DNA of 32,000 nt, from positions 840,001 to 872,000 of the forward strand of contig NC_000964.3 in assembly GCF_000009045.1 (NCBI RefSeq), given 5' to 3'. The stretch is from Bacillus subtilis subsp. subtilis str. 168. Its GTDB lineage: Bacteria; Bacillota; Bacilli; Bacillales; Bacillaceae. Position 1 is the stretch's first letter; each line of letters begins with the position of its first letter. Made by a program: the position numbers and the translations under genes. Positions 1 through 8,652 of the stretch are shown here, in pieces. The notes under the pieces were generated by a model. The model made no database searches. It saw nothing but the letters and a program-made list of their open reading frames with translations, and had not been told where the DNA came from.

Positions 1-484
1 TGACGGTAAAGCCTTGAGAGCGTGCTTCATGATAAACGGCTCTTCCGATCTGGTTTTGGCGCTTGCCCGCTTTTGCCTGCTGAAGCCCCTTTTGAAAAGC
101 GTTTTCCGCGCATTGGCAAAGCTTATGAAGGCGTTCTTCTCCTTCACCGAGCACAAATGAGATGCCTGTGTCGGAATAGAAGCCGCCAAATTCAGCGGAG
201 ATGTCGATGTTGACAAGGTCCCCTGCTTTTAAAATTTTGGATGTGCTTGGTATGCCGTGAGCCACTTCATCATTTACGCTGATACATGTCACACCTGGAA
301 AATCGTATTCCTTCTCAGGAGCTGAAACGGCGCCGTGCTCATCAAGCACAGCTTTTCCGATAAGGTCAAGGTCTTTTGTGCTCATGCCGGGCTCTGCCTT
401 CCGCTTCATTTCTTCACGCGCAAGCGCGACGATTCTTCCGATTTTTTTCAGGCCTTCTAATTCTTGATCGTTTGTTACAATCAT
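1..484 (-). CDS. mapB: Methionine aminopeptidase type I (M24A), N-terminal part only; the 3' end lies beyond the window start
   Basis: Not in the ORF track because no stop is in the window. The reverse strand from ATG (complement of 482-484) reads MIVTNDQELEGLKKIGRIVALAREEMKRKAEPGMSTKDLDLIGKAVLDEHGAVSAPEKEYDFPGVTCISVNDEVAHGIPS...NIDISAEFGGFYSDTG, open to position 1. This is a typical MetAP-I fold sequence, and its position upstream of nagP matches B. subtilis yflG/mapB. Confidence 0.85.
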   Translation of the reverse strand, partial: MIVTNDQELEGLKKIGRIVALAREEMKRKAEPGMSTKDLDLIGKAVLDEHGAVSAPEKEYDFPGVTCISVNDEVAHGIPSTSKILKAGDLVNIDISAEFGGFYSDTGISFVLGEGEERLHKLCQCAENAFQKGLQQAKAGKRQNQIGRAVYHEARSQGFTV

Positions 485-589
485 CTGTCATTCCCGCTTT
501 CTTTTTAAATAATCTAGATTAAGCTTACCACAACTGTCTTAAAAATAGGAAACACACGGACCTGGGAAAAAAGAAATACCCCCGGGAAA

Positions 590-605
590 ATTGGTATAGA
601 TCACT
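590..605 (+). promoter_or_regulatory. Candidate NagR (GntR/HutC, DasR-like dre) operator in the nagP promoter region
   Basis: ATTGGTATAGATCACT matches the DasR/NagR dre-type consensus ACTGGTCTAGACCACT at 13 of 16 positions. It lies about 50 nt upstream of the nagP start. A second TGGTATA half-site follows at 618-624. Confidence 0.55.
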
Positions 606-655
606 AGATATCTTATATGGTATATTTGAAAAAAAAGGGTATGAGGGGGATGGGT

Positions 656-2014
656 ATGCTTTCATTTTTACAAAAACTCGGGAAGTCATTTATGCTCCCG
701 ATTGCGGTTCTGCCTGCGGTTGGAATTATCCTTGCGCTTGGCAGAGAGGATGTATTTAATATCCCGTTTGTCTATCAGGCGGGGACGGCGGTTTTTGATC
801 ATCTGCCGCTTATTTTTGCGATCGGTATTGCCATCGGCATTTCAAAAGACAGCAATGGGGCAGCGGGTTTATCAGGGGCGATATCGTATCTGATGCTTGA
901 CGCGGCAACAAAGACAATTGATAAAACAAATAACATGGCGGTGTTTGGGGGAATTATTGCCGGTTTAATTGCCGGTTACACCTATAACCGCTTCAAGGAT
1001 ACCAAGCTGCCTGAATATCTCGGGTTCTTCAGTGGCAGACGGCTTGTGCCGATTTTAACAGCCATTATTACGATCATTTTAGCGGGCATATTCGGAGTGG
1101 TCTGGCCGCCGATTCAATCGTGTATCAACTCGTTTGGAGAGTGGATGCTCGGGCTCGGCGGCATCGGGGCAGGCATATTCGGCCTATTCAACAGGCTGTT
1201 AATTCCGCTTGGCCTTCACCATGTGCTGAACAATATTTTCTGGTTCCAATTCGGAGAATATAACGGAGTGACAGGGGATTTGGCGCGCTTTTTCGCGAAA
1301 GATCCGACTGCGGGCACATATATGACCGGATTTTTCCCAATCATGATGTTCGGTCTTCCGGCGGCGTGTCTGGCTATGGTTGTGACTGCGAAGCCGTCTA
1401 AACGGAAAGCGACGGCTGGAATGATGATTGGATTTGCTTTAACGGCGTTTATCACAGGGATTACGGAGCCGATTGAGTTTGCATTTATGTTTTTATCTCC
1501 GCTTTTATACGCTGTTCACGCGGTCTTAACCGGGTTATCTTTATTTATCGTCAACTGGCTCGGCATCCGCTCAGGCTTCTCTTTTTCAGCCGGAGCTATC
1601 GATTATGTGCTCAGCTATGGAATCGCGGAAAAACCGCTGCTTCTGCTTTTGGTAGGTATATGCTATGCGGCAGTATACTTTATCGTGTTTTATGTACTGA
1701 TTAAGGCTTTGAATTTAAAAACGCCTGGACGGGAAGACGATGATGTGGATGAAGTGCTGGATGAAAATACTGTTCAGGATGTAAATGAAAACATCATGCT
1801 GAAAGGGCTCGGCGGAAAAGAAAACCTTCAAACCATTGATCATTGCGCCACAAGGCTGCGACTGACTGTGAAGGATACCGCTTTGGTGGATGAAGCACTG
1901 CTAAAGAAAGCAGGCGCAAAAGGGGTTGTCAAATCGGGCGGGCAATCGGTTCAAGTCATTATTGGCCCGAATGTGGAATTTGCAGCTGAGGAATTGAGGG
2001 CTGCTGTCAAATAA
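656..2014 (+). CDS. nagP: PTS N-acetylglucosamine-specific EIICB component (no EIIA domain)
   Basis: The ORF-track frame is 617..2014. I place the start at ATG 656 (MLSFLQKLGKSF...), which is preceded by GAGGGGGA and gives 452 aa. It has a glucose-family EIIC membrane domain followed by a C-terminal EIIB with the phospho-cysteine motif IDHCATRLRL. Confidence 0.92.
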   Translation: MLSFLQKLGKSFMLPIAVLPAVGIILALGREDVFNIPFVYQAGTAVFDHLPLIFAIGIAIGISKDSNGAAGLSGAISYLMLDAATKTIDKTNNMAVFGGIIAGLIAGYTYNRFKDTKLPEYLGFFSGRRLVPILTAIITIILAGIFGVVWPPIQSCINSFGEWMLGLGGIGAGIFGLFNRLLIPLGLHHVLNNIFWFQFGEYNGVTGDLARFFAKDPTAGTYMTGFFPIMMFGLPAACLAMVVTAKPSKRKATAGMMIGFALTAFITGITEPIEFAFMFLSPLLYAVHAVLTGLSLFIVNWLGIRSGFSFSAGAIDYVLSYGIAEKPLLLLLVGICYAAVYFIVFYVLIKALNLKTPGREDDDVDEVLDENTVQDVNENIMLKGLGGKENLQTIDHCATRLRLTVKDTALVDEALLKKAGAKGVVKSGGQSVQVIIGPNVEFAAEELRAAVK

Positions 2015-2046
2015 AAAAGCGGAGAGGGCAACCTCTCCGCTTTTTC
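2015..2046. terminator. Bidirectional Rho-independent terminator between convergent nagP and ltaS
   Basis: GCGGAGAGG (2019-2027) pairs with CCTCTCCGC (2032-2040) around a 4-nt loop. An A-run lies upstream and a T-run downstream. Confidence 0.85.
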
Positions 2047-3996
2047 TTATTTATCTTCGTTATCCTTTGACGTTTCGGAAGAATCTTCGTCATGTTTTGT
2101 GTAATCATAATCAGAAGGATTCACCTTCTTAAAACCTTTCGGCTCGTAGAACCGCAGCAGGTCTCCGTTTATGATTTTATCGGACATTTCAAGTTCCTTC
2201 TTGACGAGTGAGTCTTCTGACTTGTCGACTTCGGATTCATCGAGTTCTTTTCCGGTTTTCGTGTCGTAATACTTACCGGATATTTTCGTGTACTTCGGTG
2301 AAATAAAGTCTCCGTTTCGGAACGGAATCACTTCACGGTGTTCTTTCGATAAAATATCAGAACCGGACATCAGATAGTCCTTCGTATCCACTCCGAGCAG
2401 ATGCAGAATGGTAGGAGCCACATCAACGTCTCCGGCATATTTATGAACTTTCTCGCCCTTCACGCCGGCAGCGTGGATAAAGAGCGGCACCCGTTGAAGC
2501 TGGGCGTTGTCGTAATCAGTGATTTCATCCTTGCCAAGCACTTTCGCCATCGCTTTATTGTGGTTTTCAGAGATGCCGTAGTGGTCTCCGTACATCACAA
2601 TAATCGATTTATCATATAACCCGTCTTTTTTCAGATCATTGAAGAATTGTTCAATGGACTGATCAAGGTAATGGGCTGACTGGAAATAGTTATCGACGAC
2701 AGAGTCACCAAAGTCTCCAGCCGGGAAGTCTGTATCCCCCTCATCCATTCCGAATGGGAAGTGGTTGGAAAGGGTAATGAACTTCGTATAGAACGGCTGC
2801 GGCAGGCTTTCCAGCAGCGGCATTGATTCTTTGAAGAACGGTTTGTCTTTCATGCCGTAGTTTTTCGTGTTTTCTTCGTTCATGTCATAGTAAGCAGAAT
2901 CAAAGAATTTATCAATGCCTTCCGCCTTGTACATTTCGTTACGGTTCCAGAACGTCTGCGTGTTCCCGTGGAAAGTAGCAGATGTGTAATTCTTAGACTT
3001 CAGAATCGCCGGAACGGATTGCAGCGTGTTTTGCGCTTTGTTTACGAAAACTGAACCTTGAGCCAGCGGGTACAGAGAGTTTTCCATCATAAATTCAGCA
3101 TCAGATGTTTTACCTTGTCCCGTTTGGTGGAAAAAGTTATCAAAGTAGAACGTTTCGTTATCATGTGCCAGTTTATTTAAGAATGGTGTCACTTCTTTGC
3201 CGTCAATTTTATAGTCGATGATAAATGACTGCAAAGATTCAAGTGAAACGTAAATGACGTTTTTTCCTTCCGCTTTGCCGAAATACACGTTATTCGGCAC
3301 ATCGTAATTGGCTTTCATGTAGTTTTCTACTTCCGTTACGTCGCTGGAATCGGCAAGCGCGCGCTGGCTGTTGGACTTGATATTCTGTACAGCGTCATAA
3401 ATCGTGAAATTGTATGTTCCCAAGTATTTCACAAGATAGTTCCGGTCGAATGATCTTGTCAGCAATTCAGGACGGTCTGATTCCGCAACTGCCAGGTTGA
3501 TCAAGAACACAAGAATTGAAGACGCAAAAATAATTCGGAACGATTTTTTGCTTGACGTTTCGGCAGGCTTGTTTACTTTGATCGCCAAGATGATCAGGAT
3601 GATCGTATCGATAAAGTAAAAGGCGTCAGTCGGTCTCATCAGCGAAAATGCGCTGTCACCGAGTTGGCCGCCGTTTGTTTTAGCCTGCATAATGACCGGA
3701 ATTGTAATAAAATCATTGAAAAATCTGTAGTACACAATGTTGGCGTACAGTAAAAAAGACATTAAAAAATGAATCACTATAATGGCTGTCTGCTGTAATT
3801 TTTTCTTGAACAAGAGTCCAAAGCCAAGAAAGAACAAGCTTGAGCTAAGAGGATTCACAAAAAGCAATATTTTTTGTATCGTGTTGTCTATTCCTAAGTT
3901 GAAATTCAGGACATAACCGACATACGTTTTGATCCATAACAGGACGACCGCAATTAAGAAGAAGGCCAGTCCTCTTTCTTTTATAAATGTTTTCAT
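2047..3996 (-). CDS. ltaS: Lipoteichoic acid synthase (polyglycerol-phosphate transferase), 5-TM N-terminus plus extracellular sulfatase-like domain
   Basis: 649 aa beginning MKTFIKERGLAFFLIAVVLLWIKTY. The N-terminus has multiple TM segments and is followed by an alkaline-phosphatase/sulfatase-superfamily domain. AAGGAGTG RBS upstream. Length and sequence match my memory of YflE/LtaS. Confidence 0.93.
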   Translation of the reverse strand: MKTFIKERGLAFFLIAVVLLWIKTYVGYVLNFNLGIDNTIQKILLFVNPLSSSLFFLGFGLLFKKKLQQTAIIVIHFLMSFLLYANIVYYRFFNDFITIPVIMQAKTNGGQLGDSAFSLMRPTDAFYFIDTIILIILAIKVNKPAETSSKKSFRIIFASSILVFLINLAVAESDRPELLTRSFDRNYLVKYLGTYNFTIYDAVQNIKSNSQRALADSSDVTEVENYMKANYDVPNNVYFGKAEGKNVIYVSLESLQSFIIDYKIDGKEVTPFLNKLAHDNETFYFDNFFHQTGQGKTSDAEFMMENSLYPLAQGSVFVNKAQNTLQSVPAILKSKNYTSATFHGNTQTFWNRNEMYKAEGIDKFFDSAYYDMNEENTKNYGMKDKPFFKESMPLLESLPQPFYTKFITLSNHFPFGMDEGDTDFPAGDFGDSVVDNYFQSAHYLDQSIEQFFNDLKKDGLYDKSIIVMYGDHYGISENHNKAMAKVLGKDEITDYDNAQLQRVPLFIHAAGVKGEKVHKYAGDVDVAPTILHLLGVDTKDYLMSGSDILSKEHREVIPFRNGDFISPKYTKISGKYYDTKTGKELDESEVDKSEDSLVKKELEMSDKIINGDLLRFYEPKGFKKVNPSDYDYTKHDEDSSETSKDNEDK

Positions 3997-4096
3997 TGTT
4001 ACACTCCTTTTTTCCGATCCAGTTCGAGCGAAACGATAGAAAAAACGAACGTATCCAATATAACACGAATCAGCAGATTAGAAAAGTGAAAATCGT

Positions 4097-4234
4097 ATGA
4101 GGGAGAAAGTGGCGAAAAACGCCGTCGAATCAACGTTTCGCTTTGATATTACCAAATGTAAAACAAGGTATCTTTCTAGAAATAAAGGAATAAAATGGTA
4201 CATTGAGAATTGTATGATAAAATATAAGGTATAG
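4097..4234 (+). CDS. yflD: Doubtful 45-codon ORF (hypothetical protein); may be non-coding leader of yflB
   Basis: ATG 4097 to TAG 4232-4234 encodes MREKVAKNAVESTFRFDITKCKTRYLSRNKGIKWYIENCMIKYKV. The RBS is weak or absent. The 45-aa length matches my recollection of the annotated yflD, but nothing in the sequence itself argues for translation. Confidence 0.3.
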   Translation: MREKVAKNAVESTFRFDITKCKTRYLSRNKGIKWYIENCMIKYKV

Positions 4235-4249
4235 ATAAAAAGAGGTGAA

Positions 4250-4645
4250 ATGATGGATTTTTCCCATATTGTGTCTGAAGATAAAATTAAGCGCGCCATC
4301 AAAGACGGGGACTTTCAAAACCTCCCGGGAATGGGGAAGCCGCTGCCGAAGGATGACGCGGCACACTTGCCGGAATCGCTGCGCATGGGCTATCGTATTT
4401 TGAAAAACGCGGGAATGGCAGAGGACGAGGGCGCGCTCAAAAAAGAGCTTATGACCATCGACCATTTAATCGAAAAGTGCTATGACGAAAAAGAACGCGA
4501 GCAATTAATCAGAAAAAAATCTGAAAAGCAATTGCTGCTTGATAAGCTTGTCGACAAAAAAGGCATGTTTTCAAAGCCAGCATCCGCTTTTTATAAGAAT
4601 AAAGTATATGACCGGCTTGGACGAAACAGACCTTCTTCCAGCTGA
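4250..4645 (+). CDS. yflB: DnaJ-C28-like DUF1992 family protein, function unknown
   Basis: 131-aa ORF MMDFSHIVSEDKIKRAIKDGDFQNLPGMGKPLPKDD, the DUF1992 signature region. The AGAGGTG RBS at 4241-4247 is only 2 nt from ATG 4250, so the second ATG at 4253 may be the real start. Confidence 0.8.
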   Translation: MMDFSHIVSEDKIKRAIKDGDFQNLPGMGKPLPKDDAAHLPESLRMGYRILKNAGMAEDEGALKKELMTIDHLIEKCYDEKEREQLIRKKSEKQLLLDKLVDKKGMFSKPASAFYKNKVYDRLGRNRPSSS

Positions 4646-4659
4646 TTTGTCTTGTCTGC

Positions 4660-4691
4660 AGGATGGCGATTGATAAAAGCCATCCTTTTTA
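4660..4691 (+). terminator. Rho-independent terminator after yflB
   Basis: AGGATGGC (4660-4667) pairs with GCCATCCT (4679-4686), followed by a T-run. Confidence 0.7.
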
Positions 4692-4769
4692 TGTTCCAAG
4701 TTCTATGTCAAAAGGTTTATGTTTTTCCATCTATGGGAAATGATTCATAAACGAAAAAAGGGTGATGGG

Positions 4770-6185
4770 ATGGAACGACTATTAGTATGGATAGAGCATA
4801 TATCTGATTGGCTGTGGGGTCCGCCGCTAATCATCCTGCTGACGGGGACGGGCTTGTATTTCACTATTTTGCTGAAAGGTTTTCAATTTCGCTATCCTTT
4901 ATACATTTTCAAACAGACAATCGGCAGTGTAGGAAAAAAGCCGAAGGGAGAAGGCACAGTCACACCGCTTCAGGCATTGACCTCAGCCCTCAGTTCAACG
5001 ATCGGTGCAGCGAACATTGTCGGTGTGCCCGCCGCTATTATGTTTGGGGGACCAGGAGCGGTTTTTTGGATGTGGCTTATTGCCTTATTTGCCATGGCGA
5101 TTAAGTTTTCTGAAAGTGTTCTTGCTGTTCATTACAGAGAAAAAAATGAGCAGGGTGAATACGTCGGGGGACCGATGTATTACATAACAAAAGGGCTGCG
5201 CATGAAATGGCTCGGCGTATTCTTCTCTGTTGCGCTGATTGTGGAGCTGATTCCCAGCATTATGGTTCAGGGAAATTCGGTTTCAGTCTCGCTTGCCGAG
5301 ACGTTTTCTTTCAATAAAATATACGCAGGAATCGGAATTGCATTTTTGATTGGGTTAGTGGTGATAGGAGGGGTAAAGCGGATCGGAAAAGTAACAGAGT
5401 TTGTCGTGCCTCTTATGGCAGGGGCATACGCAGGTGCCGGTCTCCTGATTGTTCTCATGAATCTATCATCAGTGCCGGCGTTTTTCTCTCTCGTTTTTTC
5501 AAATGCGTTTACCTCTTCTTCAGCAGTTGGAGGGTTCGCAGGTGCTGCGTTGGCGGAAACCGTTCGCTGGGGATTTGCCCGCGGGCTGTATTCTAATGAA
5601 GCCGGGATGGGAACAGCCCCGATTGCACATGCGGCAGCAATGACTGATCATCCTGTGCGGCAAGGGTTTTGGTCTGTGATCGGCATTGTCATTGACACCT
5701 TAATCATCTGTACGACTACCGCTTTTATCGTCCTTGCATCCGGTGTATGGACAGGGAAGAACGCCTCAAATGACCCGGCAGCACTGACAACGGCCGCATT
5801 TCAGCACTATTTCGGTTCTGGAGGAGGATACTTCGTTTCGGTTTCCCTGGTCTTCTTTGTCGTATCAACCATTATGGTTGTCATTTTTTACGGCGTAAAG
5901 CAAGCTGAATTTCTGTTCGGGCGGCTGGCAGGACATGTGATTAAATTCGTTTATTTAGCGGCTATTATCATAGGTGCCGCAGGCGGAGCAAAAGCCATTT
6001 GGGGCGTATTGGACTTAGCATTGGTTTTTATTGTTGTCCCGAATGTGATTGCGCTCTTGTTATTGAGCAGAAAGGTAAAAGCGCTGTACACCGAATTCTT
6101 TACATCTGAACAGTACTACCTGAAAGATATAAGAAAAACGAAACAAAAGCCTGTTTATCCAACAAAAGAAGCTAAAAATTCCTAG
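4770..6185 (+). CDS. yflA: Alanine/glycine:cation symporter (AGCS) family amino-acid carrier
   Basis: The ORF-track frame is 4719..6185. I place the start at ATG 4770 (MERLLVWIEHISDWLWGPP), preceded by AAGGGTGATGG, which gives 471 aa. The protein is polytopic and carries AGCS-type motifs (GGPGAVFWMW). Confidence 0.88.
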   Translation: MERLLVWIEHISDWLWGPPLIILLTGTGLYFTILLKGFQFRYPLYIFKQTIGSVGKKPKGEGTVTPLQALTSALSSTIGAANIVGVPAAIMFGGPGAVFWMWLIALFAMAIKFSESVLAVHYREKNEQGEYVGGPMYYITKGLRMKWLGVFFSVALIVELIPSIMVQGNSVSVSLAETFSFNKIYAGIGIAFLIGLVVIGGVKRIGKVTEFVVPLMAGAYAGAGLLIVLMNLSSVPAFFSLVFSNAFTSSSAVGGFAGAALAETVRWGFARGLYSNEAGMGTAPIAHAAAMTDHPVRQGFWSVIGIVIDTLIICTTTAFIVLASGVWTGKNASNDPAALTTAAFQHYFGSGGGYFVSVSLVFFVVSTIMVVIFYGVKQAEFLFGRLAGHVIKFVYLAAIIIGAAGGAKAIWGVLDLALVFIVVPNVIALLLLSRKVKALYTEFFTSEQYYLKDIRKTKQKPVYPTKEAKNS

Positions 6186-7258
6186 TGTTTTGCTTTTGCG
6201 CCGAACAATGCTTTGCTTTTTATGATCAAATAAATGAGTAAAGGCAGCAAAAGAGAAATCACTACATTAATGATTGGTTTGATTCTGTTAAAGTCGATTA
6301 GCTGATTTGTATTTAAAAAAAACCAAAAGCCGCATACGACTGAGAACATGCCGGTTGGTGTATACATGGCTTTCGGGTCGATTTTTGAGTGTAAAAACGA
6401 AAGGCCGTATACCACGATATATAGGGAACCTGCTATCTTCACCATAATGACCGGAATCCAAAAAGCCGCGATGATCAGGTCTGAGCGATCCAGAAAATCC
6501 GTAATGCGGATCTGCCTGATGACCATATAAGCAGGATCAAAGAAAGTAGATGTCAGGTTGGGACCAAAGACAGAAATTGAAGAAAATAACATCACGGCCA
6601 GCAATAAAGCGCCCAGCAGTATCGCGAAAATGGTGTATTTTAGCGGGACGCTCCGGTTTGAGAAGAGAAGCGGAAGGATAATCAATTCCCCCATTGTCCC
6701 AAACGCGTAATAGCCTGATTGAAGGTATGGGATTAGACCTTCAAAAACAGGTGTCAAGTTTTGAAGCTCAATTTGTGTGGCCAGCGTAAATGGAAGGAAC
6801 AAGACCAGGATGCCGAATGGAAATAGGAATATCTGCGCCATTCTGGTCAATGTTTCTTTTCCCTCTCTGGCAATACAGATCGCCACAAAGATAATAACAC
6901 CGCCAAGAACAGCCATTGGTGTTCTCGGGAGAAATAAAATGTTAATCAAATTGATGAAAAAACGTATATCATGAGCATTGATTAACAGGAAATACAAAGA
7001 AAACAGTAAAATGATAATCCGGCCTGCGATTGGTGAGGAATCGCTCAGCAGCTCATAGATATTTTTATCCTGATGCTTTTTCATCAGCCTATGCATGAGC
7101 CAGAGTGCCGGAATCACGATGACAACGCCGAGGATGTAGCTGTGCCAGGCATTTTGTTTTGCTGATTCGATCATGAGAATCGGAGCATGCTTTAATCCGA
7201 CTGCTAACGTATACAGAGCTCCGAAAAATAATCCTTGGTATGCAGAGGTCTTGTCCAT
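6182..7258 (-). CDS. yfkT: Spore germinant receptor B subunit (GerAB/APC-type permease-like)
   Basis: The ORF-track frame is 6182..7285, with a TTG at 7285. The best-supported start is ATG 7258 (MDKTSAYQGLFF), with AAAGGATG 8 nt upstream. The protein has about 10 TM segments and is last in an operon with A and C subunit genes. Confidence 0.85.
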   Translation of the reverse strand: MDKTSAYQGLFFGALYTLAVGLKHAPILMIESAKQNAWHSYILGVVIVIPALWLMHRLMKKHQDKNIYELLSDSSPIAGRIIILLFSLYFLLINAHDIRFFINLINILFLPRTPMAVLGGVIIFVAICIAREGKETLTRMAQIFLFPFGILVLFLPFTLATQIELQNLTPVFEGLIPYLQSGYYAFGTMGELIILPLLFSNRSVPLKYTIFAILLGALLLAVMLFSSISVFGPNLTSTFFDPAYMVIRQIRITDFLDRSDLIIAAFWIPVIMVKIAGSLYIVVYGLSFLHSKIDPKAMYTPTGMFSVVCGFWFFLNTNQLIDFNRIKPIINVVISLLLPLLIYLIIKSKALFGAKAKH

Positions 7259-7281
7259 AAAGCACATCCTTTCTGTCATGT

Positions 7282-7482
7282 TCAAAACGGAATATATTTA
7301 AACAGGTGCCCCAGCCGCGGAAGCAGGGGATTCACTCTCATATAAATCCATAGAAAAGCACTTCCTGCAATTAGCAGGCTGAAGGCCCATTTTGTTAGAT
7401 TGTTAGCGGAACGAAAATTCTTCCATTCATATGCGTATATGGCAATGCACACAATCAATGTCTGTACGATATAGCTGATCAT
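7282..7482 (-). CDS. yfkS: Small 2-TM membrane protein embedded in the germinant receptor operon
   Basis: 66 aa with two hydrophobic spans (ISYIVQTLIVCIAIYAY and WAFSLLIAGSAFLWIYM). A strong GGAGGTG RBS sits 7 nt upstream, immediately after the yfkR stop codon. Confidence 0.75.
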   Translation of the reverse strand: MISYIVQTLIVCIAIYAYEWKNFRSANNLTKWAFSLLIAGSAFLWIYMRVNPLLPRLGHLFKYIPF

Positions 7483-7497
7483 GCTGACGCACCTCCA

Positions 7498-8652
7498 TTA
7501 ATGGCTGATCGTTTTGTATAGGACACCGCCCTGCTCAATCGTCACAATTGGGACGACGTGAACCTCCATATCCTTATATACCTCTTCCCATTCCTTTTTC
7601 AGCAGATTCTTCGTGGTTGCCGTGCTTCTGATGGTCCTGTCTTGAAAGCCGGCCGGGTCCGCCTTTAGCTTTTGCAAACGATGAACGGTGCTGATCACGT
7701 CCTTCTTTATGGTTCTGTTTAATGCTTTTTGAATGATGTAATACTGGTCATTTTCTCTCGTCTCATAGGTTGATTGGTTTTCCATAATAATTCCTTTGGC
7801 TCTGATCTCGATTGTCATTGACAGCTTTCCGTTTTTTTCAGCGGCATGAAAGGATGCATTGGACTTTTGAAGCTGAATGGATGCTTGCCCCATTTGATTC
7901 GGCAGGTCTACTATGAATTCTGGCTGGCGGGCTTGATTCAGCAACATCAGGGCTGCTGTCATGTGTTCATCTTTGAAAATATCCATCAATCTGTCCTTTT
8001 TAAAGATCGCAAGCCCGTCAATTTTCAAATTAGATTTGCCTTTCCCTCCAGGTTTTGTTTTAGATGCAGAGATGACCGGTGCATACGGATCACTGCCTAT
8101 TTCTACTAGATCAGACATGAATCTGCTTAAGAAAACGGGGCGGCTCGTTGCGATAATGGCCAGCTCCCGAATCATTTCCGCCGGAAACTGTTCAAGCTGA
8201 ACATCGGTATTTAAAATGTCCCGCGCTTCTCCCCGGCTGACTAAAATGAGCGCCGTTAATCTGTTCTGCGGATTTCGCGTTAAAATATCAAAGACTGGGG
8301 CAACGCCGTCTCTCGCCATATCCTCTCCAATAATGACTGTACGTCTGTGGGACGTATTGATTGTCCGTGACAAGGAGGTTTGCAGCTTGTTGTTCGCTTC
8401 TCTGATCGTAGTGCCGGAAGCTGAATCAACATACCATGTTTTTGAACCGGCAGTTCCGCCGCCGCCCCCTGTTTGTCCGCCTAATTGGCCGACCAAGGGA
8501 ATCTGCATGGCCACTCGATACTGATCTTTTTTCTTATCAATGGCTGAGCTGACAACAAATGCAATGTCATTGATTTCTGTCCGGTCCCAGCACCCCGTTA
8601 GAAGGATACAAATGAGAAGCGGCAAAACACACTTATATATTGTTTTCTTCAT
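7498..8652 (-). CDS. yfkR: Spore germinant receptor C subunit (GerAC-family lipoprotein)
   Basis: 384 aa with an N-terminal signal sequence and lipobox LLTGC (MKKTIYKCVLPLLICILLTGCWDR). GAGAGGA RBS upstream. The start overlaps the yfkQ 3' end by 20 nt. Confidence 0.88.
   Translation of the reverse strand: MKKTIYKCVLPLLICILLTGCWDRTEINDIAFVVSSAIDKKKDQYRVAMQIPLVGQLGGQTGGGGGTAGSKTWYVDSASGTTIREANNKLQTSLSRTINTSHRRTVIIGEDMARDGVAPVFDILTRNPQNRLTALILVSRGEARDILNTDVQLEQFPAEMIRELAIIATSRPVFLSRFMSDLVEIGSDPYAPVISASKTKPGGKGKSNLKIDGLAIFKKDRLMDIFKDEHMTAALMLLNQARQPEFIVDLPNQMGQASIQLQKSNASFHAAEKNGKLSMTIEIRAKGIIMENQSTYETRENDQYYIIQKALNRTIKKDVISTVHRLQKLKADPAGFQDRTIRSTATTKNLLKKEWEEVYKDMEVHVVPIVTIEQGGVLYKTISH

Noticed and set aside
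22-213. 63-aa plus-strand ORF at the window start
   Set aside because: It is antisense to the clearly recognisable mapB coding sequence, which the track missed because that CDS is truncated by the window edge.
617-655. N-terminal extensions in the ORF track (nagP 617, yflA 4719, yfkT 7285, yfkO 14403, yfkN 19520, yfkJ 21995, yfkI 22471, yfkF 25079, yfjR 31257, yfjQ 31952)
   Set aside because: The track takes the most upstream ATG/GTG/TTG. In each case a downstream start has a properly spaced Shine-Dalgarno sequence and gives the N-terminus and length I recall for the B. subtilis protein. The extensions often run through the RBS itself.
4078-4465. 74-aa and 111-aa minus-strand ORFs overlapping yflD/yflB
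   Set aside because: They overlap the DUF1992-family yflB frame on the opposite strand. They have no RBS and no recognisable family.
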